Below, in pieces: positions 29,352 through 39,405 of a DNA stretch of 64,000 bases (positions within the stretch are counted from its first letter, which is position 1; every line of letters begins with the position of its first letter). This DNA is from Bacillota bacterium. GTDB taxonomy: Bacteria > Bacillota > Sulfobacillia > JAJZYS01 > JAJYTV01. Under the pieces are notes generated by a model, which worked only from the letters and a program-made list of their open reading frames with translations, ran no database searches and was not told the origin of the DNA. The DNA lies in the NCBI GenBank assembly GCA_021793215.1, contig JAJYTE010000004.1, forward strand, positions 46,923-110,922, written 5' to 3'. The translations under genes and the position numbers were made by a program.

Positions 29352-29887
29352 CGTGGGATGGAACCGAACCGGTTCAGCGGCCAGATCACCCAGAAGGCGA
29401 CGCCCTGCACGGCCTTTATGCTCACGGGCCCGAAGTAGCGGCTGTCCTCGCTCGCGGCGCGATGGTCGCCGAGCACGAAGATGTCGCCCTTCGGTATCTT
29501 GAGCGGCGGCATGTTCCAGTGATCCTCCGTGCTGACGCCGCCATCCGTGAGGTAGGGTTGGGCCATCTTCTTCCCGTTGACGTACACCTGCCCGTTGACC
29601 ATCGAGACGGTCTGTCCACCGGTCGCGATCACGCGCTTGACGTAGGGCGGCTGGCCGGGGATGGGTGGCTGGAAGACGATGATCTCACCGTAGCGCAGGG
29701 GGCTCAGGCGGTACCACAACTTGTTGACGAGCAGGCGCTCGCCGTTCTGCAGCGTGTTCTGCATGGAGAAGCCGTCGACGATGTAGGGCTCGACGACGAA
29801 CGACCGGATCACAAGGGCTAGCACGACGGCCACGATGACCGTCTCGAGCGTATCGCGCAGCGCCTTGCGGGGCTCACGTCCGAACAA
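29348..29887 (-). CDS. lepB: Signal peptidase I (copy 2)
   Basis: GFSMQNTL (catalytic Ser), YVKRVI (Lys), GDHR...DSRYFG. Confidence 0.94.
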   Translation of the reverse strand: MFGREPRKALRDTLETVIVAVVLALVIRSFVVEPYIVDGFSMQNTLQNGERLLVNKLWYRLSPLRYGEIIVFQPPIPGQPPYVKRVIATGGQTVSMVNGQVYVNGKKMAQPYLTDGGVSTEDHWNMPPLKIPKGDIFVLGDHRAASEDSRYFGPVSIKAVQGVAFWVIWPLNRFGSIPR

Positions 29888-29914
29888 ACGTCCACCTCCC
29901 GCTTCGCGCGTGCC

Positions 29915-30481
29915 TCAGTTCGTGGGGAGCGGCCCGAACTGACTGAGCGGCCAGATCACCCAGAAGGCGACGCCCTTGACGGCACTCGTCTTGACTGGGC
30001 CGAAGTAGCGGCTGTCGCGGCTCACGGCCCGGTGGTCTCCCAGCACGTAGATGTCGCCCTTCGGCACCTTCGTCGGTGGCATGTTCCATTGGTCCTCGGT
30101 GCTGACGCCATGGCGCAGTAGGTACGGCTGCGGCATCTTCTTCCCGTCGACGAACACCTGTCCGTCCACCATCGAGATCGTCTGCCCGCCCGTCGCGATC
30201 ACGCGCTTCACGTAGAGCGGCTGCCCGGGGATCGGCGGCTGGAAGATGACGATCTCGCCGTAGTGCAGCGGCCCGAACGGCAAGCCGAGCTTGTCGACGA
30301 GCAGCCGCTCGTGGTTCTGCAGGGTGTTCTGCATCGAGATGCCCTCGACCAGGAAGGGCTCGATCAGCCACGTCCGGATCACGAGAGCCAGAACGACCGC
30401 GACGACCAGTGTCTGCACGGTATCCCACAGCGCGCTGCGGGGCTGTCGCCGGAACAAACCGCCACCTCGCCTTCGCCGCAC
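29915..30481 (-). CDS. lepB: Signal peptidase I (copy 1)
   Basis: GISMQNTL, YVKRVI, GDHR...DSRYFG. Confidence 0.94.
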   Translation of the reverse strand: MRRRRGGGLFRRQPRSALWDTVQTLVVAVVLALVIRTWLIEPFLVEGISMQNTLQNHERLLVDKLGLPFGPLHYGEIVIFQPPIPGQPLYVKRVIATGGQTISMVDGQVFVDGKKMPQPYLLRHGVSTEDQWNMPPTKVPKGDIYVLGDHRAVSRDSRYFGPVKTSAVKGVAFWVIWPLSQFGPLPTN

Positions 30482-30532
30482 GGTACTCTCGCACGTGGGG
30501 CGAGGACGACCCTGCCGTCCTCGCCCCGCTCC

Positions 30533-30874
30533 CTACCGCCGCTCGCGGATGCGGGCGGCCTTGCCCGAAAGCCCGCGCAGGTAGTACAGCTTCGCGCGCC
30601 GCACCACGCCGCGCCGCGCGACCTCGATGCGGTCGATGCGCGGCGAGTGCAGGAGGAAGGTCCGCTCCACACCGACGCCGTAGGTGACGCGTCGCACCGT
30701 GAAGGTTTCGCGCAGGCCTCCGTGCTTGCGGGCGATCACCACGCCTTCGTAGGCCTGGATGCGCTCGCGGTTGCCTTCGACGACCTTCACGTGCACGCGC
30801 ACCGTGTCCCCCGGACGGAACTCCGGGATGTCCGAGCGCATCTGCTCCTCCTCGATCCTCTTCAACTCATCCAT
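30533..30874 (-). CDS. rplS: 50S ribosomal protein L19
   Basis: [34 protein letters not shown]. Confidence 0.98.
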   Translation of the reverse strand: MDELKRIEEEQMRSDIPEFRPGDTVRVHVKVVEGNRERIQAYEGVVIARKHGGLRETFTVRRVTYGVGVERTFLLHSPRIDRIEVARRGVVRRAKLYYLRGLSGKAARIRERR

Positions 30875-30906
30875 GTCAGCACCTCCTCGTCGGCAAAGCT
30901 GCGGAT

Positions 30907-31578
30907 CTACTCGCCCCCGCCCAGCTTCCTGCGCGTGCGCTCCTCGGACGTTCGCCTGCGATGGAGGGCGATGGCGCCGTGGTCGCCGGAGCGCAGGATC
31001 TCGGGCACCTCGAGGGCCTGGAAGACAGGTGGTCTCGTGTACTGCGGGGCCTCGAGGAGACCTCCGTCGAAGGATTCCTCGCTGAGCGAGGCCTCCTTCA
31101 GAACGCCGGGCACGAGGCGCGATACCGCGTCCACGATCGCCCAGGCGGCCGGTTCCCCCCCGGTGAGCACGAAGTCGCCAAGCGACAGGGTGCAGTCGAC
31201 GAAGTGCCTTATGCGGGCATCGAAGCCCTCGTAGTGGCCGCACAGCAGGATCAGGTGCCGCTGCGAGGCGAGTTCTCGCGCGATCCCCTGGTGGAATCTT
31301 GCCCCATCCGCGGAGAGCAGGATCACTACGCTGTCCGGGCGGCGCAGGTCCCGAAGCGCCCGCAGGACGGGCTCGGGCTTCAGCAGCATCCCCGCGCCGC
31401 CGCCGTACGGTTCGTCGTCGAGCGTCTGGTGGCGATCCACCGCGTACTCGCGCAGCTGCACGCCGCGTACCGCCACGAGGCCGCGCTCCTGGGCACGTCC
31501 CACGATGCTGCGCCGCAGCGCCGCGCCGACGGAGTCGGGGAAGAGTCCGACAAGGTCAACCAGCAGCGTCCGGGCCAA
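30907..31578 (-). CDS. trmD: tRNA (guanine-N1)-methyltransferase
   Basis: [38 protein letters not shown]. Confidence 0.96.
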   Translation of the reverse strand: MARTLLVDLVGLFPDSVGAALRRSIVGRAQERGLVAVRGVQLREYAVDRHQTLDDEPYGGGAGMLLKPEPVLRALRDLRRPDSVVILLSADGARFHQGIARELASQRHLILLCGHYEGFDARIRHFVDCTLSLGDFVLTGGEPAAWAIVDAVSRLVPGVLKEASLSEESFDGGLLEAPQYTRPPVFQALEVPEILRSGDHGAIALHRRRTSEERTRRKLGGGE

Positions 31579-32056
31579 GCACTCCGCCCCCTCGCACCGT
31601 GATGCGGCGCCCTTCTAGGTCGACCGCGAGCACCGTGGCGCGGACCGCGGGGATCAGGTAGCGCCCTTTCGGGCCCTTGGCGATCCAGAGGTCCTGGGCC
31701 GGCTTGGGCTCGACGTCCTGCAGCGTGCCGAGGAGGTCCCCCTGTTCATCGAACACAGCGCAGCCTACGAGTTCGTGGACGTAGTAGCGTTCGCTCTGCA
31801 GCGCCGGCGCCTGCGACGTCTCACCGTAGAGGCGCTTTCCGGCGACGCGCTCGGCCTCGGTGCGAGAGGTCATCCCGGCGAGCGCGAGGATCGCGCCGGC
31901 CCTCCATCCCTTCACGCCGAGTACTGCGCGCGGCTGCTCCTCCCCCTCGAGGTAGAGCTCGCGACCCAGCAGCGGGATGTCTCCATCCCACAGCTCGACG
32001 CGCACCTCCCCGCGGATGCCGTGGGCCGCCGCGATTCGGCCCACCTCCAGCTTCAC
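31556..32056 (-). CDS. rimM: Ribosome maturation factor RimM
   Basis: VGRIAAAHGIRGEV, YYVHELVG, YLIP; synteny. Confidence 0.93.
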   Translation of the reverse strand: MKLEVGRIAAAHGIRGEVRVELWDGDIPLLGRELYLEGEEQPRAVLGVKGWRAGAILALAGMTSRTEAERVAGKRLYGETSQAPALQSERYYVHELVGCAVFDEQGDLLGTLQDVEPKPAQDLWIAKGPKGRYLIPAVRATVLAVDLEGRRITVRGGGVLGPDAAG

Positions 32057-32283
32057 TTGACCTCGACGACCACCTGTCGACCTTCGCGGTCACCCGCGGC
32101 GCGCATCACCGCGCGCAGCGACTTGGCGATCCGGCCGTTGCGGCCGACGACGCGGCCGACGTCGCTCGGATCCACCGAGACGACGAACAGCAGTCGGCGT
32201 CCTTCGTCATGGCGCTCGATGCGCACGGCGTCGGGTGACTTCACCAGCGCGCGCACGAGCACTTCGAGTGCCTCGTCCATCAC
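32053..32283 (-). CDS. khpA: KH-domain RNA-binding protein KhpA
   Basis: [17 protein letters not shown]; between rpsP and rimM. Confidence 0.92.
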   Translation of the reverse strand: MMDEALEVLVRALVKSPDAVRIERHDEGRRLLFVVSVDPSDVGRVVGRNGRIAKSLRAVMRAAGDREGRQVVVEVK

Positions 32284-32555
32284 TTGGCTCCATCCTCTTT
32301 GCCCGGGGACACTCCTGCCTTGCGGAGGATGTCACGGACAGTCTGCGATGGCTGCGCTCCGCAGCTCAGCCAGTAGCTGGCGCGCTCGGCCTTCACCTGC
32401 ACGACGGCGGGCTGCTTCTTCGGGTCGTAGTAACCGATCTCCTCGATGAATGCCCCGTCGCGCGGGGAACGGCTCTCGGCCACGACGATGCGGTAGAAGG
32501 GGTTCTTCTTCGCACCCATGCGGCGCAGGCGGATCTTGACGGCCAGTTCGCTCAC
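32280..32555 (-). CDS. rpsP: 30S ribosomal protein S16
   Basis: [29 protein letters not shown]. Confidence 0.98.
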   Translation of the reverse strand: MSELAVKIRLRRMGAKKNPFYRIVVAESRSPRDGAFIEEIGYYDPKKQPAVVQVKAERASYWLSCGAQPSQTVRDILRKAGVSPGKEDGAK

Positions 32556-33877
32556 CTCCTCTCAAGTGGCGGCATCTGCGGCATCTTGCCGCGCATGCCC
32601 TTCATCGCTTTCGCCATCCGACGCATCTCCTCGAACTGACGCAGCATCCGGTTGACATCTGCGACGCTCGTACCCGAGCCCTTCGCGATGCGTCGCCGGC
32701 GGCTGGCGTCCAGGAGGCGCGGGTCTCGGCGCTCTTGGCGCGTCATCGACTGGAGGACGGCGAGGTTCCTGCCGATCTGCTTCTCGTCGACGTTCTGCTC
32801 CTTGACCTTGCGCCCTACCCCCGGGATCATGCCGAGGATCTCGCGCACGCTGCCCATCTTGCGCACCGTCTGCAGCTGCGCCATCAGGTCGTCGAGCGTG
32901 ACCTGACCCTTGAACAGGCGCTGCTCCATCTCGCGGGCGTCGACGCCCTCGGTGTGCGCCTGGGCGCGCTCGATCAAGCCCATCACGTCACCCATGCCGA
33001 GGATCCGCTGCGCCATGCGGTCCGGGCTGAAGGGTTCGAGTTGCTCGGGCCGCTCGCCCGTCGATGCGAAGAGGATCGGCTTGCCGGTCGCGGCGCGCAC
33101 CGAAAGCGCCGCCCCACCTCGCGCGTCGCCGTCCACCTTCGAGAGCACCACGCCGTCGACACCCACGTCGCGGGCGAACGCCTCGGCTGTTCCGAGCGCG
33201 GCCTGGCCGGTCATCGCGTCCAGCACGAGGATCGTCGCTGCGGGGTCGATGGCGCGATGGATCGCCTGCAGCTCGGCCATGAGCTCCTGATCGACTTCCT
33301 GGCGGCCCGCGGTGTCGATGAGCACGATGTCCTGCCCGTCCCGGCGCGCGCGGTCCATACCGGCGCGCGCCGCCCGCACTGGGTCCGACGTCTCCGGGCG
33401 CTGCACCGGCACGCCGATGCGCTCCCCGAGGACGGCGAGCTGCTCGATCGCGGCCGGTCGCTTGAGGTCGCAGGCGACGAGCAGCGGCCAATGCTGCTCT
33501 TGCTTCATGCGCAGCGCGAGCTTCGCCGCGAACGTCGTCTTGCCGGCACCTTGCAGGCCCAGGAGCAGCACGGCGTGCGGCGCCTTGCCGCGCAGCCTGA
33601 GCGGCTGAACGTCCCCGCCCAAGAGTGCGCGCAGGGCGTCGTGGACGTGCTTCACGACGGTCTGACCCGGGGTGAGGCTCGACATGACGTCCTCGCCGAG
33701 GAGCTTCGGTTCGAGCTGCGCGACGAAGTCGCGGGCGACGGCGAAGTGGACGTCCGCGTCGAGGAGCGCGATGCGCACCTCGCGAAGCGCCTTCTTGATG
33801 TCGTCCGGCGTCAGCTTGCCGCGTCCGCGCAGTCTATCGAAGGTCTGCCGCAGTCGCTCCTGCAGCTGCTCAAACAT
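32552..33877 (-). CDS. ffh: Signal recognition particle protein Ffh
   Basis: [31 protein letters not shown] domain [10 protein letters not shown]. Confidence 0.97.
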   Translation of the reverse strand: MFEQLQERLRQTFDRLRGRGKLTPDDIKKALREVRIALLDADVHFAVARDFVAQLEPKLLGEDVMSSLTPGQTVVKHVHDALRALLGGDVQPLRLRGKAPHAVLLLGLQGAGKTTFAAKLALRMKQEQHWPLLVACDLKRPAAIEQLAVLGERIGVPVQRPETSDPVRAARAGMDRARRDGQDIVLIDTAGRQEVDQELMAELQAIHRAIDPAATILVLDAMTGQAALGTAEAFARDVGVDGVVLSKVDGDARGGAALSVRAATGKPILFASTGERPEQLEPFSPDRMAQRILGMGDVMGLIERAQAHTEGVDAREMEQRLFKGQVTLDDLMAQLQTVRKMGSVREILGMIPGVGRKVKEQNVDEKQIGRNLAVLQSMTRQERRDPRLLDASRRRRIAKGSGTSVADVNRMLRQFEEMRRMAKAMKGMRGKMPQMPPLERR

Positions 33878-34205
33878 CTGCTTCCAGCTCCCTCAGTCTT
33901 GCGTCGGCCGCCGACACGGCGGCCTCGGGATCGCCCTGCCGAAGCGCTTCGCGGACCGCGTGCAGGACCGAAACCTCCGCTTCATGCTGCGCGATCGCGC
34001 CGATCGCCCGATCCATCTCCTCCATCGCGCGCTCCGCGCGTCGCACGAGGAGAAGCGCCGCTGGGCGGCTGCAAGAGAGTTCCTCAGCGCACTCGGCGAG
34101 CGACAGATCCTCGAGGTGGTGCAGTTCGAACGCCCTGCGCTGCCGTTCGCGCAGCGCGGCGCCGTAGAAGTCGTAGAGCAGCGCGCGCCGCGCCAGTGGA
34201 TCCAA
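33870..34205 (-). CDS. ylxM: YlxM family putative DNA-binding protein
   Basis: LLYDFYGAAL...QR...DLSLAECAEEL; immediately upstream of ffh; TTG 34205 after a GAGGTG SD. Confidence 0.9.
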   Translation of the reverse strand: MDPLARRALLYDFYGAALRERQRRAFELHHLEDLSLAECAEELSCSRPAALLLVRRAERAMEEMDRAIGAIAQHEAEVSVLHAVREALRQGDPEAAVSAADARLRELEADV

Positions 34206-34219
34206 CGGCAGCACCTCGG

Positions 34220-34270
34220 TGTTAAGACTCAACGTTAACAGAGATTACAGGTGGTGGGGCGGAACGTCAA
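34220..34270 (-). promoter_or_regulatory. ylxM-ffh promoter and downstream inverted repeat
   Basis: TTGACG-N17-TAATCT (34270-34242); TGTTAA-N9-TTAACA palindrome at 34220-34240. Confidence 0.65.
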
Positions 34271-34469
34271 GCGCGCGGTTTCGGCCGCCCTAGGTTCGGT
34301 CGTCGCGCCGGTAAAACCGTGGACAGTTGCGGCCCGCGCTCGCCCGCTGCGCGCGTCGAGTGTCATGACACCGAGGCGATCGCCGTTGCAGCTTCGCGAA
34401 CTGTTGAGACTCCTTGTGGTCCGTCTGCTCAGCCCCGTGGAACAGCCCGAGATCGTCACCCAGGCCGAA

Positions 34470-34500
34470 TCGGCGACCCCCTTCCGACAGGGATCGCCGA
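34470..34500 (-). terminator. Hairpin downstream of the surface-protein gene
   Basis: TCGGCGACCCC...GGGATCGCCGA, an 11-bp stem with one G-U pair on the minus-strand RNA. Confidence 0.5.
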
Positions 34501-34549
34501 CCGTTTGATCCGGGTCACTCCGCGGAGCTAGCCGGCGCCCACCGGCGCG

Positions 34550-37500
34550 TCAGTGCGAAGGAGCGTCGAGCACCTTCGCAAGGACTGCAGCCGCCTCGGC
34601 CCTGGTCACGGCCGAAAGTGGCCGGAACGTGCCGTCCGCGTAGCCCTTCATGTAGCCCCCAGCCACGACCTGCGCCACGTAGATCCGCACCCAAGCGGCG
34701 ATCCGTCCCGCATCCGTGAAGGTAAGGGATGTCGTCTTGGTCAGCTTGAGCGCCCTCGCAAGGATCGCGGCCATCGCCTCCCGTGTGATCGTAGCGTTGG
34801 GTGCGAACGAGCTGCTGGTGACGCCTTCGACGATGCCCAGCGACGCCGCCCGCGCGACGAAGGGAGCGTACCAGTCGTCGGTCGGTACGTCCGCGAACGC
34901 CGTTTGCCCACTCGCAGCCGGCTTTTGACCCAGGGCAAGGACCAGCATCTTGACGAACTGCGCGCGAGTGACCGGGGCGCCGGGTCGGAAGGTGCCGTCC
35001 GGGAAGCCGACCGTCACCCCTGCGGTGACGAGCTGCTGGATCGCCCCGTAGGCCCACTCGTTCGCCGCGACATCGGAGAACGTGGTCGCCGCAGGCGGGG
35101 TGTAGCTGAAGCGATCCGCCGTGGCTACATGGCTCGTTCCTGCTGGACCTGTCACGCTGACGTCGACGGTCCCCTGACCTGCGGGCGAGACGGCGGTGAT
35201 CTCGCTCTCCGAATCCACCGTGAAGCTCGTCGCCGGCGTGCTGCCGAACTCCACCCCCGTCGCGCCGCTGAACCCGGAACCGGTGATGCGTACGGTCGTA
35301 CCTCCCGCGGCGGGTCCAGCGGCCGGACTGACGTCCTGGACGGACGGGCCTGTGGTCGCGTCGCCACCGCCCCCGCCACCACCCGAGACGCTCACAGGCG
35401 GCGCGGCCGCGACGGCGAACGGGGTTCCGGTGAGCGCCGCGAGGCTCGGGCTCGTCGCAGACGTGAGCGCCACGGAAAGGCAGCCCGTCCCGGGGTCGTA
35501 GGTCGGCGCCGGGGAGACTTGCGACCAAACCGAACCGCTCCACCAGTAGAGTGTCTGCGATGAACTGGCTCCGCTGCACTGTGCGATCGTGAGCGATGCT
35601 CCGCTCGTCAGCGTGGCGTCAGCGAGCTGCACGTCAACGTAGCCGGTCGCGGACGCGAAGGCGCCTGCCACGGGATCTGGGGCCGACCCGTACTGTGCCG
35701 CGGTGAGCGCACCCGTAATGCCCGTCACGGTGACCTTGGTCAGCGTCACTCCGTTCGACGCGAGATCCAGCGTCTGCGTGCCACTGGTCACTTCGAGACC
35801 CGCGGCATGCGTCACGTCGCTGCCGGCGGGTGGTACGAACAGGACGTAGCTGCCCGTGACGGCGGGCGACGCCGTCGTCGCCACCACCAGCACTGAGGTC
35901 GTCGTGGCAGGCACCTGGAACGAAGCGCTGTAGGTCCCGCCGCTACCGGTCTGTACACTGCTCTGCTGGATCGTCGATCCATCCGCGGCGACGTAGCTCA
36001 AGTCGAACGGCAGGTTGGGAATCGGGTTCGAGAAGGCGTCCAGGGTCCTCACGGTCAGCGTGACGCTTTGGGCGGACTCCGCCCAGGGGGACGGCGCGGT
36101 CACGGCTAGGCTGGCCAGTTGGGCCGGGGACACGACCAGTGCCGCCGTCTGCGTCAGCACGACGCCGTCCACCTGCAGCGTGAGCGTCTGGGTCGCGCCG
36201 GCGTCGGCGCCCTCGTCTGTGACCACGACCGCATAGGTGCCGGGCGACGTCTCCGTCACGCTCACGGGCGTCAGTGTGCCGACGCTTGGGTCGCTGGAGG
36301 TCACGACGAAGTCGTTCTCCTGCAGTCCCGTGTAGGTGTTCCCATGCTGGTCGACGACTCCGACCTGCAGGGTCACGTCTCCCGATCCCGCCGTCACACT
36401 GGAGGGGCCGGCGACAGTGCTTGCCGAAGGACTGGCGGCATCCGCCTTGACGGAGAGCGACGCGTGGCCCTCGATCAGCGACGTCGTCGTGGCGGTGAGG
36501 TTGACGGTTCCCGTGGAAGATGGGGCAGTGTAGCTCGTGGAAAACGAACCGTCGGCCAACGTCGCCAGGTTCGTAGAGCCGAAGCTCCCACCCGAAGCGC
36601 CATCGGAGAGGGTTACGCCAACTCCCGTCACCGGGTTGCCAAAGGCGTCGAGCACCGTTCCCTTCAGCGTCACGGAAGCGCCGGTCGCCGCAACGCTGGG
36701 CAGGGCGGCCAGGGTCACCTGGTCTGGCGCGGCCGGTGCTACCGTCGCGCCCGTCGGGTTGAGCGCCACCCCTTCGACGACGACGGTGATGTTCTGCGCG
36801 TTACCGCCGTCCGCATCGGTGTCGCTGACGACGATGCTGTACGTGCCGGGCGTCGTCTCCGCGACGCCCAGCGGCGTCAGCGTCCCGACCTTCGGGTCGC
36901 TGGAGACGACGGAGAAGTCACTCGCGACGAGCCCCGTCACCGCGTTTTGGTGGGAGTCCTCCACCGAGGTGGTCAGCGTCAGGTTCGCATTCCCCGCCGT
37001 CACCGGATGGGACGGCCCGGAGATGGCGCTGTAGCCGGGGTCTGGCGGCCCTGCCGTCACCGTGAGGGGGGAACTCTGGTGCGGGGACGAGGTCGCCAAC
37101 TGGGCGGTAATGCTGACCGTGCCTCGAAGCGTCGGCGCAGTGTAGGTCGTGGCGTATGATCCGTCAGGGCCGGTCTGGACGTAGCCCGACGCCGCGAAGG
37201 TGCCTCCCGCGCCGTTGTCCGACAGATCGACCCCTACGCCCGGTACGCCCTGACCGCTTGCGTCCGTGACTTCCCCTGTGACCGAGATCTGCCCGCCGGC
37301 CGTGACCGACGCGGCGCCGAAGGAGACGCTGACTGCGGAGGGAGCCTCGGCCACGTTGAAGGGGTCGGAGGTGGCGGCCAGGCCGTTGTCCGTTGCCGTA
37401 AGCGTGTACCCCATGCCCGCGGTGTCGATCGCAAGGCTGGTGAAGACGACCTCGCCCGGGTAGAAGGGGTTGAGGTTTTCGTTGAAGTCGCCGCCGAGCG

Positions 37501-39196
37501 CAGCTGCTTTTGCACCGGTCCCGGGCGTGATGGCCATCGTGATGGCTCTATACGGGCTGAGGGCCGACGTGGATGTGATGATGTTGCCGAACGCGTCCTC
37601 CACCGCCAACCAGGGCTGGACACCGAACGCGTTCGTCGCCACGGCGGCGCCTGGCTCCTGGACGAATCCCAGCTTCCCCGGCGGGCCAGGCTGCGTGGTG
37701 ACGGAAAGGGTCGCCGCGGCGAGACCGGTCGCGCGCGCAACGACGGTCCAACTTCCGGCTGTGGTGTCGCCGTAGTAGAACGGCGCGGAGCTCTGGCCGG
37801 CCGGGATCGTGAGGGACGTCGTCTCACCCCCTCCTGCCGTGGCGGAGAACTCCCCGGTCGTCGAGTCGCTGGAGAGGTTCACCGTGATGTTGCCCGCCTG
37901 CGCAACGAGGTTGCCGTACGCGTCCTCTACCGTTGCCACGATTGGCCCGAGGTTTGCGGTGGAGCCTACGGGGCCGGTGACGGCCGTTCCCAGCGCGAGG
38001 GTGGACGCCGGCCCCGACGTGAAGGTGAGACCAGCGGAAGGTGACGTAGGAACGACGTCCGACGACGTCGCCACGGAGACACGGGAGGCTGCGTACGTCC
38101 CGATCCCCGGGTTGGTGACGCCGCTCACGACGACGCTCACCTGGGTCCCTCCATACACGGACTGGGGAACCGTGATGGTGGCATCTGCGCCGCTTGCGGA
38201 CACCTGGCTGGCCACAACGCCATCCACCTGGTAGGCGGTGGCCGCAGACGGGAACGTCGTCCCCGAGGGCGCCGCGATGCTGATCGTGCCAGCGTTCTGT
38301 GCAAGGGCGCTTGTGGTGGTGAACTGGGCCGTCCATTGGGCGTTCGTGTCGTTCCCAAAGAGCGGGCTGACGCTGATGCCGACGCCCGAGACCATCGTCA
38401 GTACCGTGAGCGTCTTGGCGGCGCTAGACGGGCTCGCGGCCGCCGCTGTTGCAGTCAGCGCGGCGGCTCCACCCTGCGGACCTGCGGTGTACACGGTTGC
38501 GAACCCGCCACCGGAGTCGGTCGTCGTCGATGCGGGGGCGAAGCTTCCTCCGGCACCGCCGTCGGAGAAGGTTACCGTCGTGCCGGCTAGGGCTCCGCTC
38601 GTCCCGTAGACCGCACCCGTGACAGAGACCTGATCGCCCGCGTGGGCCTCAGACGCCCCGAGCGACAGTTCGACACCGCTGAGAATGACGTTCCCGCTGA
38701 GGCAGCCACTGGACCCGTCGTCGACGCAGAAGGCGGACCCTGGGTAGGACCCAGCCGGCGGATTGGTGACCCCGGTGATGTACACCCGGTAGTCGTCCGA
38801 GGTGGAGTTCGGTTGCCCAGGCGCGTCGATCGTGACCGTGTTTCCGTTGGGGCCCACCTGGAGTCCGGAGCAGGTGCCGTTGCAATCGCTGGCGGTGGAA
38901 GCGTCCTCCACGTTGTAGGCTCCCACGGCGCTGGGGAACACGGTTCCCGTCGGCGCCGTGATGGTGATCGGGTGTCCGCTGGGCCAGGTGCTCCCGGGGT
39001 TGAAGTTGATCTCCCAGTTCGAGGTCTGCCCTCCCCCCTGCGGGGTCATGCCCCACTCTGGAGCCCCTCCTCCGACGTTCGTCAGGGTGGCCGCCCGGAC
39101 GAGGGGCGCTGGAGAAACCACCGCCGTTCCGAGCGTACCGACGCAGAAGAGAAGCAGGATTCCGAGAACGTACCCATGCCGCACATGCAGCCGCAA
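34550..39196 (-). CDS. Large secreted Ig-like/invasin-repeat surface protein with IPT/TIG and three C-terminal SLH domains (~1548 aa)
   Basis: TTG after a GGAGGG SD; signal peptide (LGILLLFCVGTLG...VRA); repeated Big_1-like units; IPT (VSPAAGPAAGGTTVRITGSGF); SLH repeats (FSDV..W...GFPDGTFRPGAPVTRAQF, FAPNATITREAMA, GYADGTFRPLSAVTRAEA). Confidence 0.9.
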   Translation of the reverse strand: MRLHVRHGYVLGILLLFCVGTLGTAVVSPAPLVRAATLTNVGGGAPEWGMTPQGGGQTSNWEINFNPGSTWPSGHPITITAPTGTVFPSAVGAYNVEDASTASDCNGTCSGLQVGPNGNTVTIDAPGQPNSTSDDYRVYITGVTNPPAGSYPGSAFCVDDGSSGCLSGNVILSGVELSLGASEAHAGDQVSVTGAVYGTSGALAGTTVTFSDGGAGGSFAPASTTTDSGGGFATVYTAGPQGGAAALTATAAAASPSSAAKTLTVLTMVSGVGISVSPLFGNDTNAQWTAQFTTTSALAQNAGTISIAAPSGTTFPSAATAYQVDGVVASQVSASGADATITVPQSVYGGTQVSVVVSGVTNPGIGTYAASRVSVATSSDVVPTSPSAGLTFTSGPASTLALGTAVTGPVGSTANLGPIVATVEDAYGNLVAQAGNITVNLSSDSTTGEFSATAGGGETTSLTIPAGQSSAPFYYGDTTAGSWTVVARATGLAAATLSVTTQPGPPGKLGFVQEPGAAVATNAFGVQPWLAVEDAFGNIITSTSALSPYRAITMAITPGTGAKAAALGGDFNENLNPFYPGEVVFTSLAIDTAGMGYTLTATDNGLAATSDPFNVAEAPSAVSVSFGAASVTAGGQISVTGEVTDASGQGVPGVGVDLSDNGAGGTFAASGYVQTGPDGSYATTYTAPTLRGTVSITAQLATSSPHQSSPLTVTAGPPDPGYSAISGPSHPVTAGNANLTLTTSVEDSHQNAVTGLVASDFSVVSSDPKVGTLTPLGVAETTPGTYSIVVSDTDADGGNAQNITVVVEGVALNPTGATVAPAAPDQVTLAALPSVAATGASVTLKGTVLDAFGNPVTGVGVTLSDGASGGSFGSTNLATLADGSFSTSYTAPSSTGTVNLTATTTSLIEGHASLSVKADAASPSASTVAGPSSVTAGSGDVTLQVGVVDQHGNTYTGLQENDFVVTSSDPSVGTLTPVSVTETSPGTYAVVVTDEGADAGATQTLTLQVDGVVLTQTAALVVSPAQLASLAVTAPSPWAESAQSVTLTVRTLDAFSNPIPNLPFDLSYVAADGSTIQQSSVQTGSGGTYSASFQVPATTTSVLVVATTASPAVTGSYVLFVPPAGSDVTHAAGLEVTSGTQTLDLASNGVTLTKVTVTGITGALTAAQYGSAPDPVAGAFASATGYVDVQLADATLTSGASLTIAQCSGASSSQTLYWWSGSVWSQVSPAPTYDPGTGCLSVALTSATSPSLAALTGTPFAVAAAPPVSVSGGGGGGGDATTGPSVQDVSPAAGPAAGGTTVRITGSGFSGATGVEFGSTPATSFTVDSESEITAVSPAGQGTVDVSVTGPAGTSHVATADRFSYTPPAATTFSDVAANEWAYGAIQQLVTAGVTVGFPDGTFRPGAPVTRAQFVKMLVLALGQKPAASGQTAFADVPTDDWYAPFVARAASLGIVEGVTSSSFAPNATITREAMAAILARALKLTKTTSLTFTDAGRIAAWVRIYVAQVVAGGYMKGYADGTFRPLSAVTRAEAAAVLAKVLDAPSH

Positions 39197-39304
39197 TCGC
39201 TTTCCCTCCACACGCCAAAGCTGGCGCCGGCTCCCGGCTCTCCCCTGCCAGGCGAGAGCGCACGTATCGGCGTCACTCCCACCTTCGGGCATGGCGGCGC
39301 GGGT

Positions 39305-39327
39305 GACATCCGTGCGTCTCACGGATC
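39305..39327. promoter_or_regulatory. Palindromic operator, copy 1 (putative LuxR-STAND binding site)
   Basis: GAC-ATCCGTG-cgtct-CACGGAT-C; arms and flanks identical to the copy at 42478-42500. Confidence 0.75.
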
Positions 39328-39405
39328 TATGGGTGGCGCGGGAGGAGGACACCGCCTTCGCCTGGGCGAAGTCGGGGCCCCAGCAATGCAGCAGGGGGAC
39401 GCTCG

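Noticed and set aside
34235-34549. Short ORFs or a tRNA/att site at the edge of the insertion
   Set aside because: No SD or protein-like sequence, no cloverleaf or TTCGA arm, and no matching direct repeat found at the other end.
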